Shown: positions 20,477 through 29,558, counted from the stretch's first letter. The stretch is 64,000 nucleotides of DNA from a virus (IMGVR_UViG_3300021256_000085:1-64000), one strand, 5' to 3'. Numbers and translations are program-made. The notes: generated by a model not told the origin, from the sequence alone.

Positions 20477-20824
20477 ATGGAACAATACATTAAAAAATCC
20501 GACATACTACCAGAGATAAAGAAAAGATATGAGTATTGGAAAGAAAAAGAATTTAATTCTCATAGCATAGAATCTGAAATAAGAATGTCTGAATGTCAGC
20601 ATTTAATGCTTCTATTAAATAACCTTAAAGCAAAAGAGGTAAACTTGAAGGAAGAAATAAAAAATAGAATAGATAGCCTTTCCAACTTATATTGTTATAT
20701 GGAAGATTTATTTAATGGTAACGAGGAAGAAGGTGTCTATCCTATTCCTGAAAAGGTGTCAAATGAGTTGGTTGAGTTCGCAAAGTATTTCTTTGAACTT
20801 GGGTTAACACAGAAAAAAGAATAA
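20477..20824 (+). CDS. hypothetical, EVNLKEEI/FAKYFFELG family
   Basis: family motifs. Confidence 0.75.
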   Translation: MEQYIKKSDILPEIKKRYEYWKEKEFNSHSIESEIRMSECQHLMLLLNNLKAKEVNLKEEIKNRIDSLSNLYCYMEDLFNGNEEEGVYPIPEKVSNELVEFAKYFFELGLTQKKE

Positions 20825-20847
20825 TTATAAGTATTTTTGGATAAAAT

Positions 20848-20861
20848 TATTTTTATATATA
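20848..20861 (+). promoter_or_regulatory. candidate late promoter motif TATTTTTATATATA
   Basis: same motif at 23190, 38053 (1 mismatch), 38751, 55496-55509 (-) and variant at 32782, all 17-30 nt before leader-bearing or structural genes. Confidence 0.55.
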
Positions 20862-20891
20862 TCTTGATAAATTTATAAATAAGTATATTAT

Positions 20892-21527
20892 ATGAAAACT
20901 TTACAAAATTATATTTTTGAAGAATCTAAAACATTTGATTCCAAGGTTCCTACTAATATTTATAAAATTTGTGATCAATTAACCCGCCACGTTGATTATT
21001 CTAAACTTCAAGAGATTAATGATGATGATCCAAATAGGTTTGACAAATCAAAAGAAAATGAACAACAATTTATAGATAGTTTTACCAATTCAAATACTGA
21101 ATATAAAGCTTTAAGTACACAAGAATATTATGCATTGATTAATCCAAATTCAAAATGGGAAACCTTATCTGATAAAGAAAAGGCAGATTTTGATGCAAAA
21201 AATGGAGATATTATTATTCTTGATAAAAATGATAAACCTATTTGTTTTATAGATATTAAGATATCTAATACAATACATTTAGGAGCAATTTCTCTTGGTT
21301 CACTTGTCAATTTTAACTCAAATGGATATTATATTTGTGTTTCTAAAAAGAATCATATTCCAAAGTTTATATCACATGATGCATTGGTAGATGCCGTTAA
21401 GAATAATAAAGAATTATTATTCCCAGTAGTAAAAGGAAGAAAAAAGGGTTATCCTGTTACATGGGAAGGAGAAAACTTAACTTCCGAATATTTTATACCT
21501 GGTAAAAAATTAGCACAATTTAAATAA
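20892..21527 (+). CDS. putative PD-(D/E)xK nuclease with capsid-targeting-like leader
   Basis: N-terminus MKTLQNYIFE; GDIIILD-x7-FIDIK motif. Confidence 0.5.
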   Translation: MKTLQNYIFEESKTFDSKVPTNIYKICDQLTRHVDYSKLQEINDDDPNRFDKSKENEQQFIDSFTNSNTEYKALSTQEYYALINPNSKWETLSDKEKADFDAKNGDIIILDKNDKPICFIDIKISNTIHLGAISLGSLVNFNSNGYYICVSKKNHIPKFISHDALVDAVKNNKELLFPVVKGRKKGYPVTWEGENLTSEYFIPGKKLAQFK

Positions 21528-21542
21528 AAGAATATATTTAAT

Positions 21543-21585
21543 AAAAAAAAGCTTCTCAATTAATTTTGGGAAGCTTTATTTTTTT
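21543..21585 (+). terminator. intrinsic terminator, AAAGC(C/T)TCTCAA...TTGGGA(G/A)GCTTT family
   Basis: hairpin plus T-run; near-identical to 23137 and 28736. Confidence 0.8.
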
Positions 21586-21619
21586 AACTATATTTCTAAA
21601 TTCATTTAATTTCTTTAGA

Positions 21620-21665
21620 AAATTAAACTATATTTGAATTTTTTAAGTTTCTTTACTATATTGTA
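21620..21665 (+). promoter_or_regulatory. repeated early-type promoter element (ACTATAT form)
   Basis: AAACTATATTTGAATTTTTTAAGTTTCTTTACTATATTG. Confidence 0.7.
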
Positions 21666-21692
21666 TATATAATTAAATAAACAAAAAATAAT

Positions 21693-22064
21693 ATGGAATT
21701 AGTAATTAAGAAACTTAATAAGAAATATGGTAAACGTAAAATTCAAGTTTATAATGGCAAGAAATTATTTGGAGAGATAACCGAATTTTGCCATTGGATA
21801 TCTATTGACCCAAAAGAGCGTGGAACTAAGGAAATTACTTTAGAAAACTGTATGAAACTTCGTAAGATAGCAATGGAGAATCTTTGGTGGTTGCTTCATA
21901 CTGATAATCTTGCTGAAGATGTTACCGAAGACGAAGCTTGGAAAGAAAAAGTTGATAGATGGAACAAAGGTCATGGATTCAATGGTGGATCAAGTATAGA
22001 TTCATTATTTTTTCCTGGAGAATATGAAATTGCTTTAAATTCAATTAACAACAAATATAATTAA
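21693..22064 (+). CDS. hypothetical protein
   Basis: first gene after promoter element. Confidence 0.7.
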   Translation: MELVIKKLNKKYGKRKIQVYNGKKLFGEITEFCHWISIDPKERGTKEITLENCMKLRKIAMENLWWLLHTDNLAEDVTEDEAWKEKVDRWNKGHGFNGGSSIDSLFFPGEYEIALNSINNKYN

Positions 22065-22068
22065 GAAT

Positions 22069-22416
22069 ATGAATAACGAACAAAATTATCTTCCGAAGTA
22101 CCGAAACATGGCTTGGTGGCGTCATAACGAAATGTATAATGACCTCATGAAGAAGATGGAAAATCTATATTGCAAGTGGTATGGATCAGCTTGGGGATTG
22201 AGTCATAACGATGTGCGGAATCTTATGGAAGATATTATGACCGGTAAGACTTCATTTAGCAAGTGGAAGAAGGAATTTGAAGAAGCTAATATACGAGCTA
22301 ATATGGGTCTTGGGCCAAATGATCCAATTCCTGAAACTCCAAAGCGTAAGGTAAATTTATCTAAGGTATCTACTGAAGATTTGATTAATGAACTCAATAA
22401 GAGAATGAAGTCATAA
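22069..22416 (+). CDS. hypothetical protein
   Basis: ORF in run. Confidence 0.7.
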   Translation: MNNEQNYLPKYRNMAWWRHNEMYNDLMKKMENLYCKWYGSAWGLSHNDVRNLMEDIMTGKTSFSKWKKEFEEANIRANMGLGPNDPIPETPKRKVNLSKVSTEDLINELNKRMKS

Positions 22417-22687
22417 ATTTATTATAGATATGGAATTTTCACAAACAAAAGCAATAGATGCATTTGTAAAGCAACTTGACAAAATACTTAAAAGTCATAT
22501 CAAAGATAAAGATACGGAAATTTGCAAGTTTGCACGAAGACTTTACAATTCAGGATATTCTGAAGGATATCGTGATGGTAAACGTGATTTGGATGGATAT
22601 TAGAAATTAACTTATATAAATATATAAAATAAATAAAATACTTAATTTAAAACCTCGTCGATGTATAGGTAATCGCAAATAAGATTT

Positions 22688-23110
22688 ATGAAGAAGACTA
22701 TTAACAACAAGCGTCACTTCAATATTAGCGGTTTGAACAAGGAACAGATGGTAATTCCTGCAGTTCTTAGAACACTTATTCGTTGGTCTCAAACTTCTTG
22801 GGACAAGAAACATACCTATGAAGAGCTGGCTAAAGCAGTAGGTTATAAATCTCCTCGTATGGGACGTATTCTTGATATTGCTGATAAGACATTGAGACGT
22901 CTTGAAAAGGCAACAGGTAAAAAGATTCCAGTTCTTGGTGGATTAATTTATGCGAAAGGAACTAATTTACCAAGCTATGGATTTGGATATGTTATTCCAG
23001 GATATGATACACTTTCAGATGAGGATAAAATTAATGCGGTTAAAAAGTATAATCGAGATGCTTGCGCATATGATTGGGGATGGGTTATGGATGAATTGTA
23101 CCTGCGATAA
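22688..23110 (+). CDS. winged-HTH-like DNA-binding protein
   Basis: TYEELAKAVG...MGRILD...PVLGGLI..K...PSYGF pattern. Confidence 0.45.
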   Translation: MKKTINNKRHFNISGLNKEQMVIPAVLRTLIRWSQTSWDKKHTYEELAKAVGYKSPRMGRILDIADKTLRRLEKATGKKIPVLGGLIYAKGTNLPSYGFGYVIPGYDTLSDEDKINAVKKYNRDACAYDWGWVMDELYLR

Positions 23111-23136
23111 ATTAGTTCTTTAAATATCATTTTATT

Positions 23137-23169
23137 AAAGCCTCTCAAAATATTTTGGGAGGCTTTTTT
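23137..23169 (+). terminator. intrinsic terminator (repeat family)
   Basis: AAAGCCTCTCAAAATATTTTGGGAGGCTTTTTT. Confidence 0.85.
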
Positions 23170-23189
23170 ATATTTATAGAATAATTTAA

Positions 23190-23203
23190 TATTTTTATAT
23201 ATA
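23190..23203 (+). promoter_or_regulatory. candidate late promoter motif
   Basis: TATTTTTATATATA 27 nt before ATG 23231. Confidence 0.55.
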
Positions 23204-23230
23204 CACTATATTATATATAAGAATTATTAA

Positions 23231-26200
23231 ATGATTTCTATAAGACAATATTTAACTGAAGGTAGAAGACCTAAACAAGAAGCGCAAAAGGTTATTGAAG
23301 GTACTAGTATTCTTGACAAAATAATGAATAATGAACAAGATAATGTCAAAGAATTTGTTCAAGAATTCATAAGACCTAATGGACCAACTATATATGCATT
23401 CACAACAGATAAAGTAGATTCAGCAGTTAAGGTTGGATATACAGATCAACACCCAGAGAAGCGTATTGAGCAATGGAGAGAAATATATGGTAAAGAGGAA
23501 GGTGAAGTTGTTCCTTTAGGATATTGGAGCTCAGAAGAATTTGATAAAGCCGGAGAACGTGTATTCTTTTGGGATCATGCTATTCATAAGAAATTACAAG
23601 GCAAAGGATATAAGCAATTATCACGAGATGAGTTTATGAATACTTTAACAGAAAAAGGTAAGCAACTTGTAGATATTCATTATTCTCGTGAATTCTTTTC
23701 TAAATATAAGAAATTATTACAAGGACAATTAAGTGATGAAGATAAAGAAGAATTATCTGCTCAATTATTAGAAGACTTAATTAATCAAATGAAGCTTAAT
23801 ATCAAAAATGGAACTGCAGATTTTAAGTTATATAAGTTTGATGAAGAAGGTAGAACTTCAGGTAAGCAAGCGGATAAACAATGGGGTTCTCCAGATACTT
23901 ACCAAAATACTGATTTACAAGAAAATGCTATTAAGAATGGTGTAGAAGCTATTAAAGAAGGTAAAAAGAATATATTGATGGCTGCTGTAATGAGATTTGG
24001 TAAGACTCATGCATCATATGAAATTATTAAAGAAGCAGGATTGAAAAGAGTTATCGTTTGTTCTGCTAAAGCTGATGTTAGAACTGCATGGAGAGAAGAT
24101 ATTAATCATGTTCATTTCTTTAAAGATTTTATATTTATAGAAGTACTTGGACCTAACAACTGGGATGTTACTTATTCTAAAGATGGTAAATCATTAGTTA
24201 CTGAACATGGTATACCAGATATTGAAGCTTTAGAAAAATCCGGTAAGACTATGATTTATTTCTTTACTTTACATGATTTAGGTGGCTCTGTAAAAGAATT
24301 GAAAGCAAAGCATAAGGGATTATTTGACAAGAATTTTGATATGATGATTGTTGATGAAACCCATTATGGATCTCATGCTAATACTTTTGGACAAGTTACC
24401 GGATTAGGAAGAAAGAAAATTGAAGACGATGATGAAGATAATGCACAATTAGAAGAAGAGCAAAAATTAGCTGAAGAATCAAAGAAAGTTATTGAATCAT
24501 TGAATGTAAAATATGATAGAGTTCTTCAAGTTTCTGGAACACCTTATTATATATTAGCTTCAAATGAAATGATTGATAAGGATGCCGCAATTATTTCTAA
24601 AGTTTCTTATACAGATATGCTAAATGCTCGTGATAAATGGGAAAAAGAACATAAAGGAGAAGATGAAAGTAATTCACCATATTTTGGAATACCTACATTA
24701 CATAAGATTGGCTTACGATTAAATAAGGAATGCCGTAAAATTATGGAAGAAGCAGGATATACTGATTCTATGACAGAATTATTCAAAGTCAATGGACAGA
24801 AATTTGTAAATGAGAAAGCCATACGAGGATTGATAAAAGGTATATTTGGAGATGGAAAGAGTAGTTCATTAGCATTCTTGAAGAATAAAGATGTGGATGG
24901 CAATAAAGTTTGTAAGCATACAATAATGGTATTACCTCGTGTTAAAGCATGCCGAGCTATGAAAGAGTTGTTGAATTCCATGATAGATACAAATGAACGT
25001 AAAGTATTTTGTATAGTAAACAATTGGGGTGGCATTACTGATGTGAAAGATGTAGATGACTTGAATAACCAATTAGAGAAATTAGATAGTGAAGGAAAGA
25101 AAAGTATTATATTGACTGTCAATCGATTTATGACTGGTGTATCTATGCCTTGTGTAGATAGTATGATATATTTAAAGAATGCAAGTTCACCACAAGAATA
25201 TGACCAGAATATATTTAGATTATGTACAAGAAGAGTAAAGAAAGTAAAGGATCCAGATAATGAAAGCAGATCTAAGAAAGTCAATATGAAAGATAACGTA
25301 TATTTGATTGACTTCAATATGAGTAATATGTTCAATATGGTTGCAAATAGTGCTCGTATGAAAGCTGCTGCTGAAGGTAATCCAACTACAAAACGAATCA
25401 AAGAATTTATGGAAGATGATCTTAAAGCTGTTCCAATATTTGCTGAAGATAAAGCTAGTTCAGAAATACTTGGAAAGATGCATAAGATAACTTCCAAAGA
25501 TATGATGGAACTATATACAAGATATAACAAGAACAAGAGTATATCTGATATAGTGAATGATGAAATTGATTTGTTTGGAGAATTATTCAAAGATAAAGAT
25601 TTCCAAGATATAATAGTTGGTATAAATATAGATGGTGACAAGAGTAAGATAACTGTTGGAGATAAAGATGAAAATGATGGAGAAACTATTGACAATATAC
25701 CAACAAGCAAAATTGACAAGAAACTAAAATCATTACAAGACAAGATTAAAGATTCTCGCATAACTGATAAAGATAAGAAAGAATTTGAGAGATTAACTAA
25801 AGAGAAATTCAAAGCTATTACTAAGAACTTATTATATTGTGACTTATGCTTAGATGAACCTTGTTTTGATATTGAGGGAATTATTGAGAAAGCTAAAAAG
25901 GATTCAGAATTCAAGAAAATGCTTCATGAGTTTAAGATTGAATTGTCGGATATAGAGAAAGTATATAAAGTGATGGACACTAATTATAAACAAGCTTACA
26001 ATTCTTTATTGACTAGAATGGCATTACTTGCACAAGACAAGAGCAAAGAAGGATATGATAAGTTTAGTAAAGCTCTTGAAGGATTAGGTAGACTTGGTCA
26101 ATCTGAAGTTGTAACACCGCCTGAAATTGTTGAGAAAATGATTAACAAACTTGATGATTCAGAATATCGAAAAGCAAAGAGCATATTACTGGTGAATGAG

Positions 26201-27340
26201 AAACAAGCAGAGTTTGCAATGGGATTAGTTAAGAAATTCGGTAAAGACATATTAAAGAAAGTTAAGATAGTTGCAAGTTCTGAAATTGGTAAACACTTAA
26301 CTAAAAAAATGTTGAAAAGCGTTATGAATTCTGACTATATTAATAATATTATACTAAATATAGAAGACACAGATGGCAATGGCTATTATGATGTCAAAGA
26401 TTTTTTACATATGAAGAATGAAGAAATTTTGAAAGAGAATGATGGAAAGAAATTTGATATAATTTTGTCTAACCCGCCCTATTCTAATACATTACATTTA
26501 CAATTTTTAGAAAAGTATTGCGAAATTGCAAAAAATATTATATCAATACAACCATGTGAATTTATTACAAGAACACATTTAAAGCCAACATATAAAAAAC
26601 AAAAAGAAAAATATAAAAATTCTATTGGTAAACATTTATATGATTTAGAAGTATTAAAAAAGAACCCATTTGATGCCGGCATAGACACAAATATTGGTAT
26701 ATATGTTCTTAATGAAACAGGAGGATTTAATTATGATAATTTTTATAAAGAATATGATAAACATTATTTAAATATTGAATCTAAATTTAATACAGGAATA
26801 ACATTTAATGAAAAATTAGAAAAATATGATAATCAAAAATATTTTGTTCCTATAAGAACAGATGGTATATATGAAAGATGGTGGACATTACAATTAATTA
26901 ATTATTTAGATATTATTGTTGATGGAAAAGTTTATTCTGGTGATTATAAAGGATTAACAATTTCGGAAGCAAGAAAAAAGAATCCGCATGAAAACCCTAG
27001 AAATTCTGATAGAACAACAATGGGTGTTTCATTTAATTCATTAGAAGAGGCAATCAATTGTAGAGATTCTTTAAAAACAGAAGCATATATGTTTATAATT
27101 GCTTTATTTAAAACTACACGAAAGAATCCATTAAATAAAATACCTTTCTTAAATTATAAAAATCATTTATCTAATAATGATATATTTGATTTATTTGATA
27201 TTAATAATGATTTAAGAAAAGATATTATAAAAGAAATGCAACCATTTATGAGTAAATCATCAATGAATGGTTCAGAAATAGGAAAAACATTAATAAATAT
27301 TCAAAAAAAATATTTAGAAGAATTAAATAAAAATAATTGA
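23231..27340 (+). CDS. single-chain restriction-modification-like enzyme: T5orf172/GIY-YIG-like nuclease + SF2 (ResIII-like) helicase + Eco57I-like N6-adenine MTase/TRD
   Basis: TIYAF..VKVGYT..PEKRIEQ; MRFGKT, IVDETH, SGTP, QNIFRLCTR; EVVTPPEIV; FDIILSNPPY; N-terminus MISIRQYLTE. Confidence 0.85.
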   Translation: MISIRQYLTEGRRPKQEAQKVIEGTSILDKIMNNEQDNVKEFVQEFIRPNGPTIYAFTTDKVDSAVKVGYTDQHPEKRIEQWREIYGKEEGEVVPLGYWSSEEFDKAGERVFFWDHAIHKKLQGKGYKQLSRDEFMNTLTEKGKQLVDIHYSREFFSKYKKLLQGQLSDEDKEELSAQLLEDLINQMKLNIKNGTADFKLYKFDEEGRTSGKQADKQWGSPDTYQNTDLQENAIKNGVEAIKEGKKNILMAAVMRFGKTHASYEIIKEAGLKRVIVCSAKADVRTAWREDINHVHFFKDFIFIEVLGPNNWDVTYSKDGKSLVTEHGIPDIEALEKSGKTMIYFFTLHDLGGSVKELKAKHKGLFDKNFDMMIVDETHYGSHANTFGQVTGLGRKKIEDDDEDNAQLEEEQKLAEESKKVIESLNVKYDRVLQVSGTPYYILASNEMIDKDAAIISKVSYTDMLNARDKWEKEHKGEDESNSPYFGIPTLHKIGLRLNKECRKIMEEAGYTDSMTELFKVNGQKFVNEKAIRGLIKGIFGDGKSSSLAFLKNKDVDGNKVCKHTIMVLPRVKACRAMKELLNSMIDTNERKVFCIVNNWGGITDVKDVDDLNNQLEKLDSEGKKSIILTVNRFMTGVSMPCVDSMIYLKNASSPQEYDQNIFRLCTRRVKKVKDPDNESRSKKVNMKDNVYLIDFNMSNMFNMVANSARMKAAAEGNPTTKRIKEFMEDDLKAVPIFAEDKASSEILGKMHKITSKDMMELYTRYNKNKSISDIVNDEIDLFGELFKDKDFQDIIVGINIDGDKSKITVGDKDENDGETIDNIPTSKIDKKLKSLQDKIKDSRITDKDKKEFERLTKEKFKAITKNLLYCDLCLDEPCFDIEGIIEKAKKDSEFKKMLHEFKIELSDIEKVYKVMDTNYKQAYNSLLTRMALLAQDKSKEGYDKFSKALEGLGRLGQSEVVTPPEIVEKMINKLDDSEYRKAKSILLVNEKQAEFAMGLVKKFGKDILKKVKIVASSEIGKHLTKKMLKSVMNSDYINNIILNIEDTDGNGYYDVKDFLHMKNEEILKENDGKKFDIILSNPPYSNTLHLQFLEKYCEIAKNIISIQPCEFITRTHLKPTYKKQKEKYKNSIGKHLYDLEVLKKNPFDAGIDTNIGIYVLNETGGFNYDNFYKEYDKHYLNIESKFNTGITFNEKLEKYDNQKYFVPIRTDGIYERWWTLQLINYLDIIVDGKVYSGDYKGLTISEARKKNPHENPRNSDRTTMGVSFNSLEEAINCRDSLKTEAYMFIIALFKTTRKNPLNKIPFLNYKNHLSNNDIFDLFDINNDLRKDIIKEMQPFMSKSSMNGSEIGKTLINIQKKYLEELNKNN

Positions 27341-27345
27341 TTTTT

Positions 27346-27560
27346 ATTGCGTTATTTCAAAGAAAAATATTATTATTAATTATAAAGGTTTAATAATATT
27401 TGGAGTAACGCACAAATTAAAAACCAATTGAATTTAGATATAATTAGAAAACAATTATATATTTAGGGTATTTAATAATTTTTGGTTGTGCGTTACTTTA
27501 GACCAAATATTTATTAGATACCTTTTTAATTTAATAAATATATCTCATATAGTAACGCAT
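27346..27560. promoter_or_regulatory. nested inverted-repeat / long hairpin leader upstream of HNH gene
   Basis: TGCGTTA at 27348 and 27489, TAACGCA at 27406 and 27553; arms 27384-27416 and 27486-27526 are largely complementary. Confidence 0.6.
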
Positions 27561-28187
27561 ATGATTAATAAAGGAAGTGTAAATTTATATTGTAATGGAG
27601 ACATTACATTAATTGAAAATTATTATGAAGCAATAAACGATTCTAATGAAACTTGGATATGTCACCATAAATTAGAAATTGAATTGCAATTATTTTCTTA
27701 TGAATTAATTAAGAAAAATTTATATTTTAATAGACCTCCAGAAGAATTGATGTTTATTAAAAGAAATGACCACATGAAATTACATGCTTCAAAACATAAT
27801 TCATTTAAAAACAAACATCATACACAAGAAACAAAAAATAAAATTAATAATACAAAGTTAAAAAATGGAACATGGCCATCTGGAGAAAAAAATCCAATGT
27901 ATAAACATGTTTGGACAGAAGAAGAATTAGAACATTTAAAACAAGGAGCATTAAATAGAGATAATACAAATATAGGTAAATATGAAAGGACAGAAGAAAT
28001 AAATAATAAAATGTCTAAATCACTTAAAGGTAAAATGGCTGGAGAAAAAAATCCAATGTACGGTATTCGAGGAAAAGACAACCCAAATTATGGATTACAT
28101 TGGTATACTGATGGAATTAATTCGATTAAAGCAAGAGAATGTCCTGAAGGATTTAAACCAGGACGAATATATGCATTAAAAAAATAA
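27561..28187 (+). mobile_element. free-standing HNH homing endonuclease with NUMOD-like repeats
   Basis: WICHHKLE...NRPPEELMFI..NDHMKLH; KHHTQETKNKI; GEKNPMY x2; NPNYG. Confidence 0.8.
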
Positions 28188-28227
28188 TTAAAACTTACTA
28201 TATTAAATATATAATAATTTGAAAAGT

Positions 28228-28713
28228 ATGAATTTGACAGATTTTAATATACAGAAATTTATAGATATAGATTACGCAACAGAAGATCGTAAATCTCGCC
28301 GAAAGGGCTCAGGAGGGACTCAAGAATTTTTTACGCCTTATAGTATTGTAAAAAAGATGTGTGATAAAGTTCCTGAAGAAGATTGGCAAGATCCTACGAA
28401 ATTATTTTGTGAACCATGTTTCGGAAATGGAAATTTTGTATTGGCTATTATTTATTATAGAATTTTAAATGGTATAGACTGGAAAACGGCATTAGAAACT
28501 TGTTATGGTGTAGAACTTTGTGAAGATAACGTTTACGAAACACATGGAAGAATCATTAAGCTTTTTGATGCATTAGGAATAGATTATGATGAAGATGTAG
28601 CTATGGACATAATGCTTCGTAATCTTGTTTGTCATGATTTTTTTAAATGGAATTTCGAAGAATGGCGGCCAATGACTGAAGAAGAAATCAAACAAAGCAA
28701 GAAAAAGAAATGA
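28228..28713 (+). CDS. short DNA methyltransferase SAM-binding subunit (motifs X, I-III; no NPPY)
   Basis: QEFFTPYSIV; FCEPCFGNGNF; CYGVEL; LVCHDFF. Confidence 0.75.
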   Translation: MNLTDFNIQKFIDIDYATEDRKSRRKGSGGTQEFFTPYSIVKKMCDKVPEEDWQDPTKLFCEPCFGNGNFVLAIIYYRILNGIDWKTALETCYGVELCEDNVYETHGRIIKLFDALGIDYDEDVAMDIMLRNLVCHDFFKWNFEEWRPMTEEEIKQSKKKK

Positions 28714-28735
28714 ACAAATTATAGAAATTATTTTT

Positions 28736-28767
28736 AAAGCCTCTCAAATTATTTTGGGAGGCTTTTT
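28736..28767 (+). terminator. intrinsic terminator (repeat family)
   Basis: AAAGCCTCTCAAATTATTTTGGGAGGCTTTTT, differs from 23137 copy at one loop base. Confidence 0.85.
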
Positions 28768-28835
28768 AGTGTTTATAATCTTAAATATATATAAGAAAAT
28801 TAACTATATTATATTTAAAATAGATATGATGGTTT

Positions 28836-29300
28836 ATGGGCAAAAATACTAAACATATTGATTATTTAGAAAAATGGATTTCTAATTGTGTTGATGATAT
28901 CGATGATTTACACAGTGTTTTTGAAATAGAATTTATAGATAAAGAAATTAGTCGAATCATAGCATTAAGTACATATACAATAGCTTTTACAGATAATTTA
29001 CTTATTATAACATTTCAAAAGTATGATTTTTTAATTGGGCAAACTAAACAACGTAAAGTATTATCTGAAGAACAAATTAAAGAAGCATTTAATCATAAAC
29101 AAAAAATCAAATTAAATGTTGCAGATAGAAATGGCAAAATTGTTAAAATATATGAATTTAATGATTGTGAACTAAATTGCATAACTGATAATGTGTATGA
29201 TTATAGATTAGATATAAATACAAATAGAACATCATGCTTAGTATTTACATATGCATCAAAAAATATAATAAATAAAAATAATAATAATTACTATGGATAA
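28836..29300 (+). CDS. tail-tube-fold-like (gp19/48/54-like) hypothetical
   Basis: C-terminal pattern IKLNVADRNGKIVKIYEFNDC...VYDY...LVFTY. Confidence 0.35.
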   Translation: MGKNTKHIDYLEKWISNCVDDIDDLHSVFEIEFIDKEISRIIALSTYTIAFTDNLLIITFQKYDFLIGQTKQRKVLSEEQIKEAFNHKQKIKLNVADRNGKIVKIYEFNDCELNCITDNVYDYRLDINTNRTSCLVFTYASKNIINKNNNNYYG

Positions 29301-29558
29301 AGATATTGTAAATGGATATTTAAAGAGTATATCAAAAAATTTAAAAGATTGATTAGCTGAAATTAATAAAGAAGAAACATATCCTGATACTTGGAGTAAA
29401 GATGATGATAAAATTGTAAAAGATATCATTGAATATCTTGAGTGTTGGAATGATTTCGATTGTGGAGATGAACCATATGAGGAATATTGTGCAAGATTTG
29501 AACAATATATTGAATGGATGAAACGAATTAAAAATAGACTTATTCAATATTATAAATA

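Noticed and set aside
24607-25914. 435-aa minus-strand ORF
   Set aside because: Fully antisense to the RM gene, with Ser/Leu/Ile/Phe-rich composition typical of a reverse-frame shadow and no motifs.
27340-28228. Group I intron splitting the methyltransferase around the HNH gene
   Set aside because: Motif order is not collinear (the large ORF already has motif X and NPPY; the small ORF restarts at motif X/I). The large ORF has its own stop, and no P7-like intron core was recognised.
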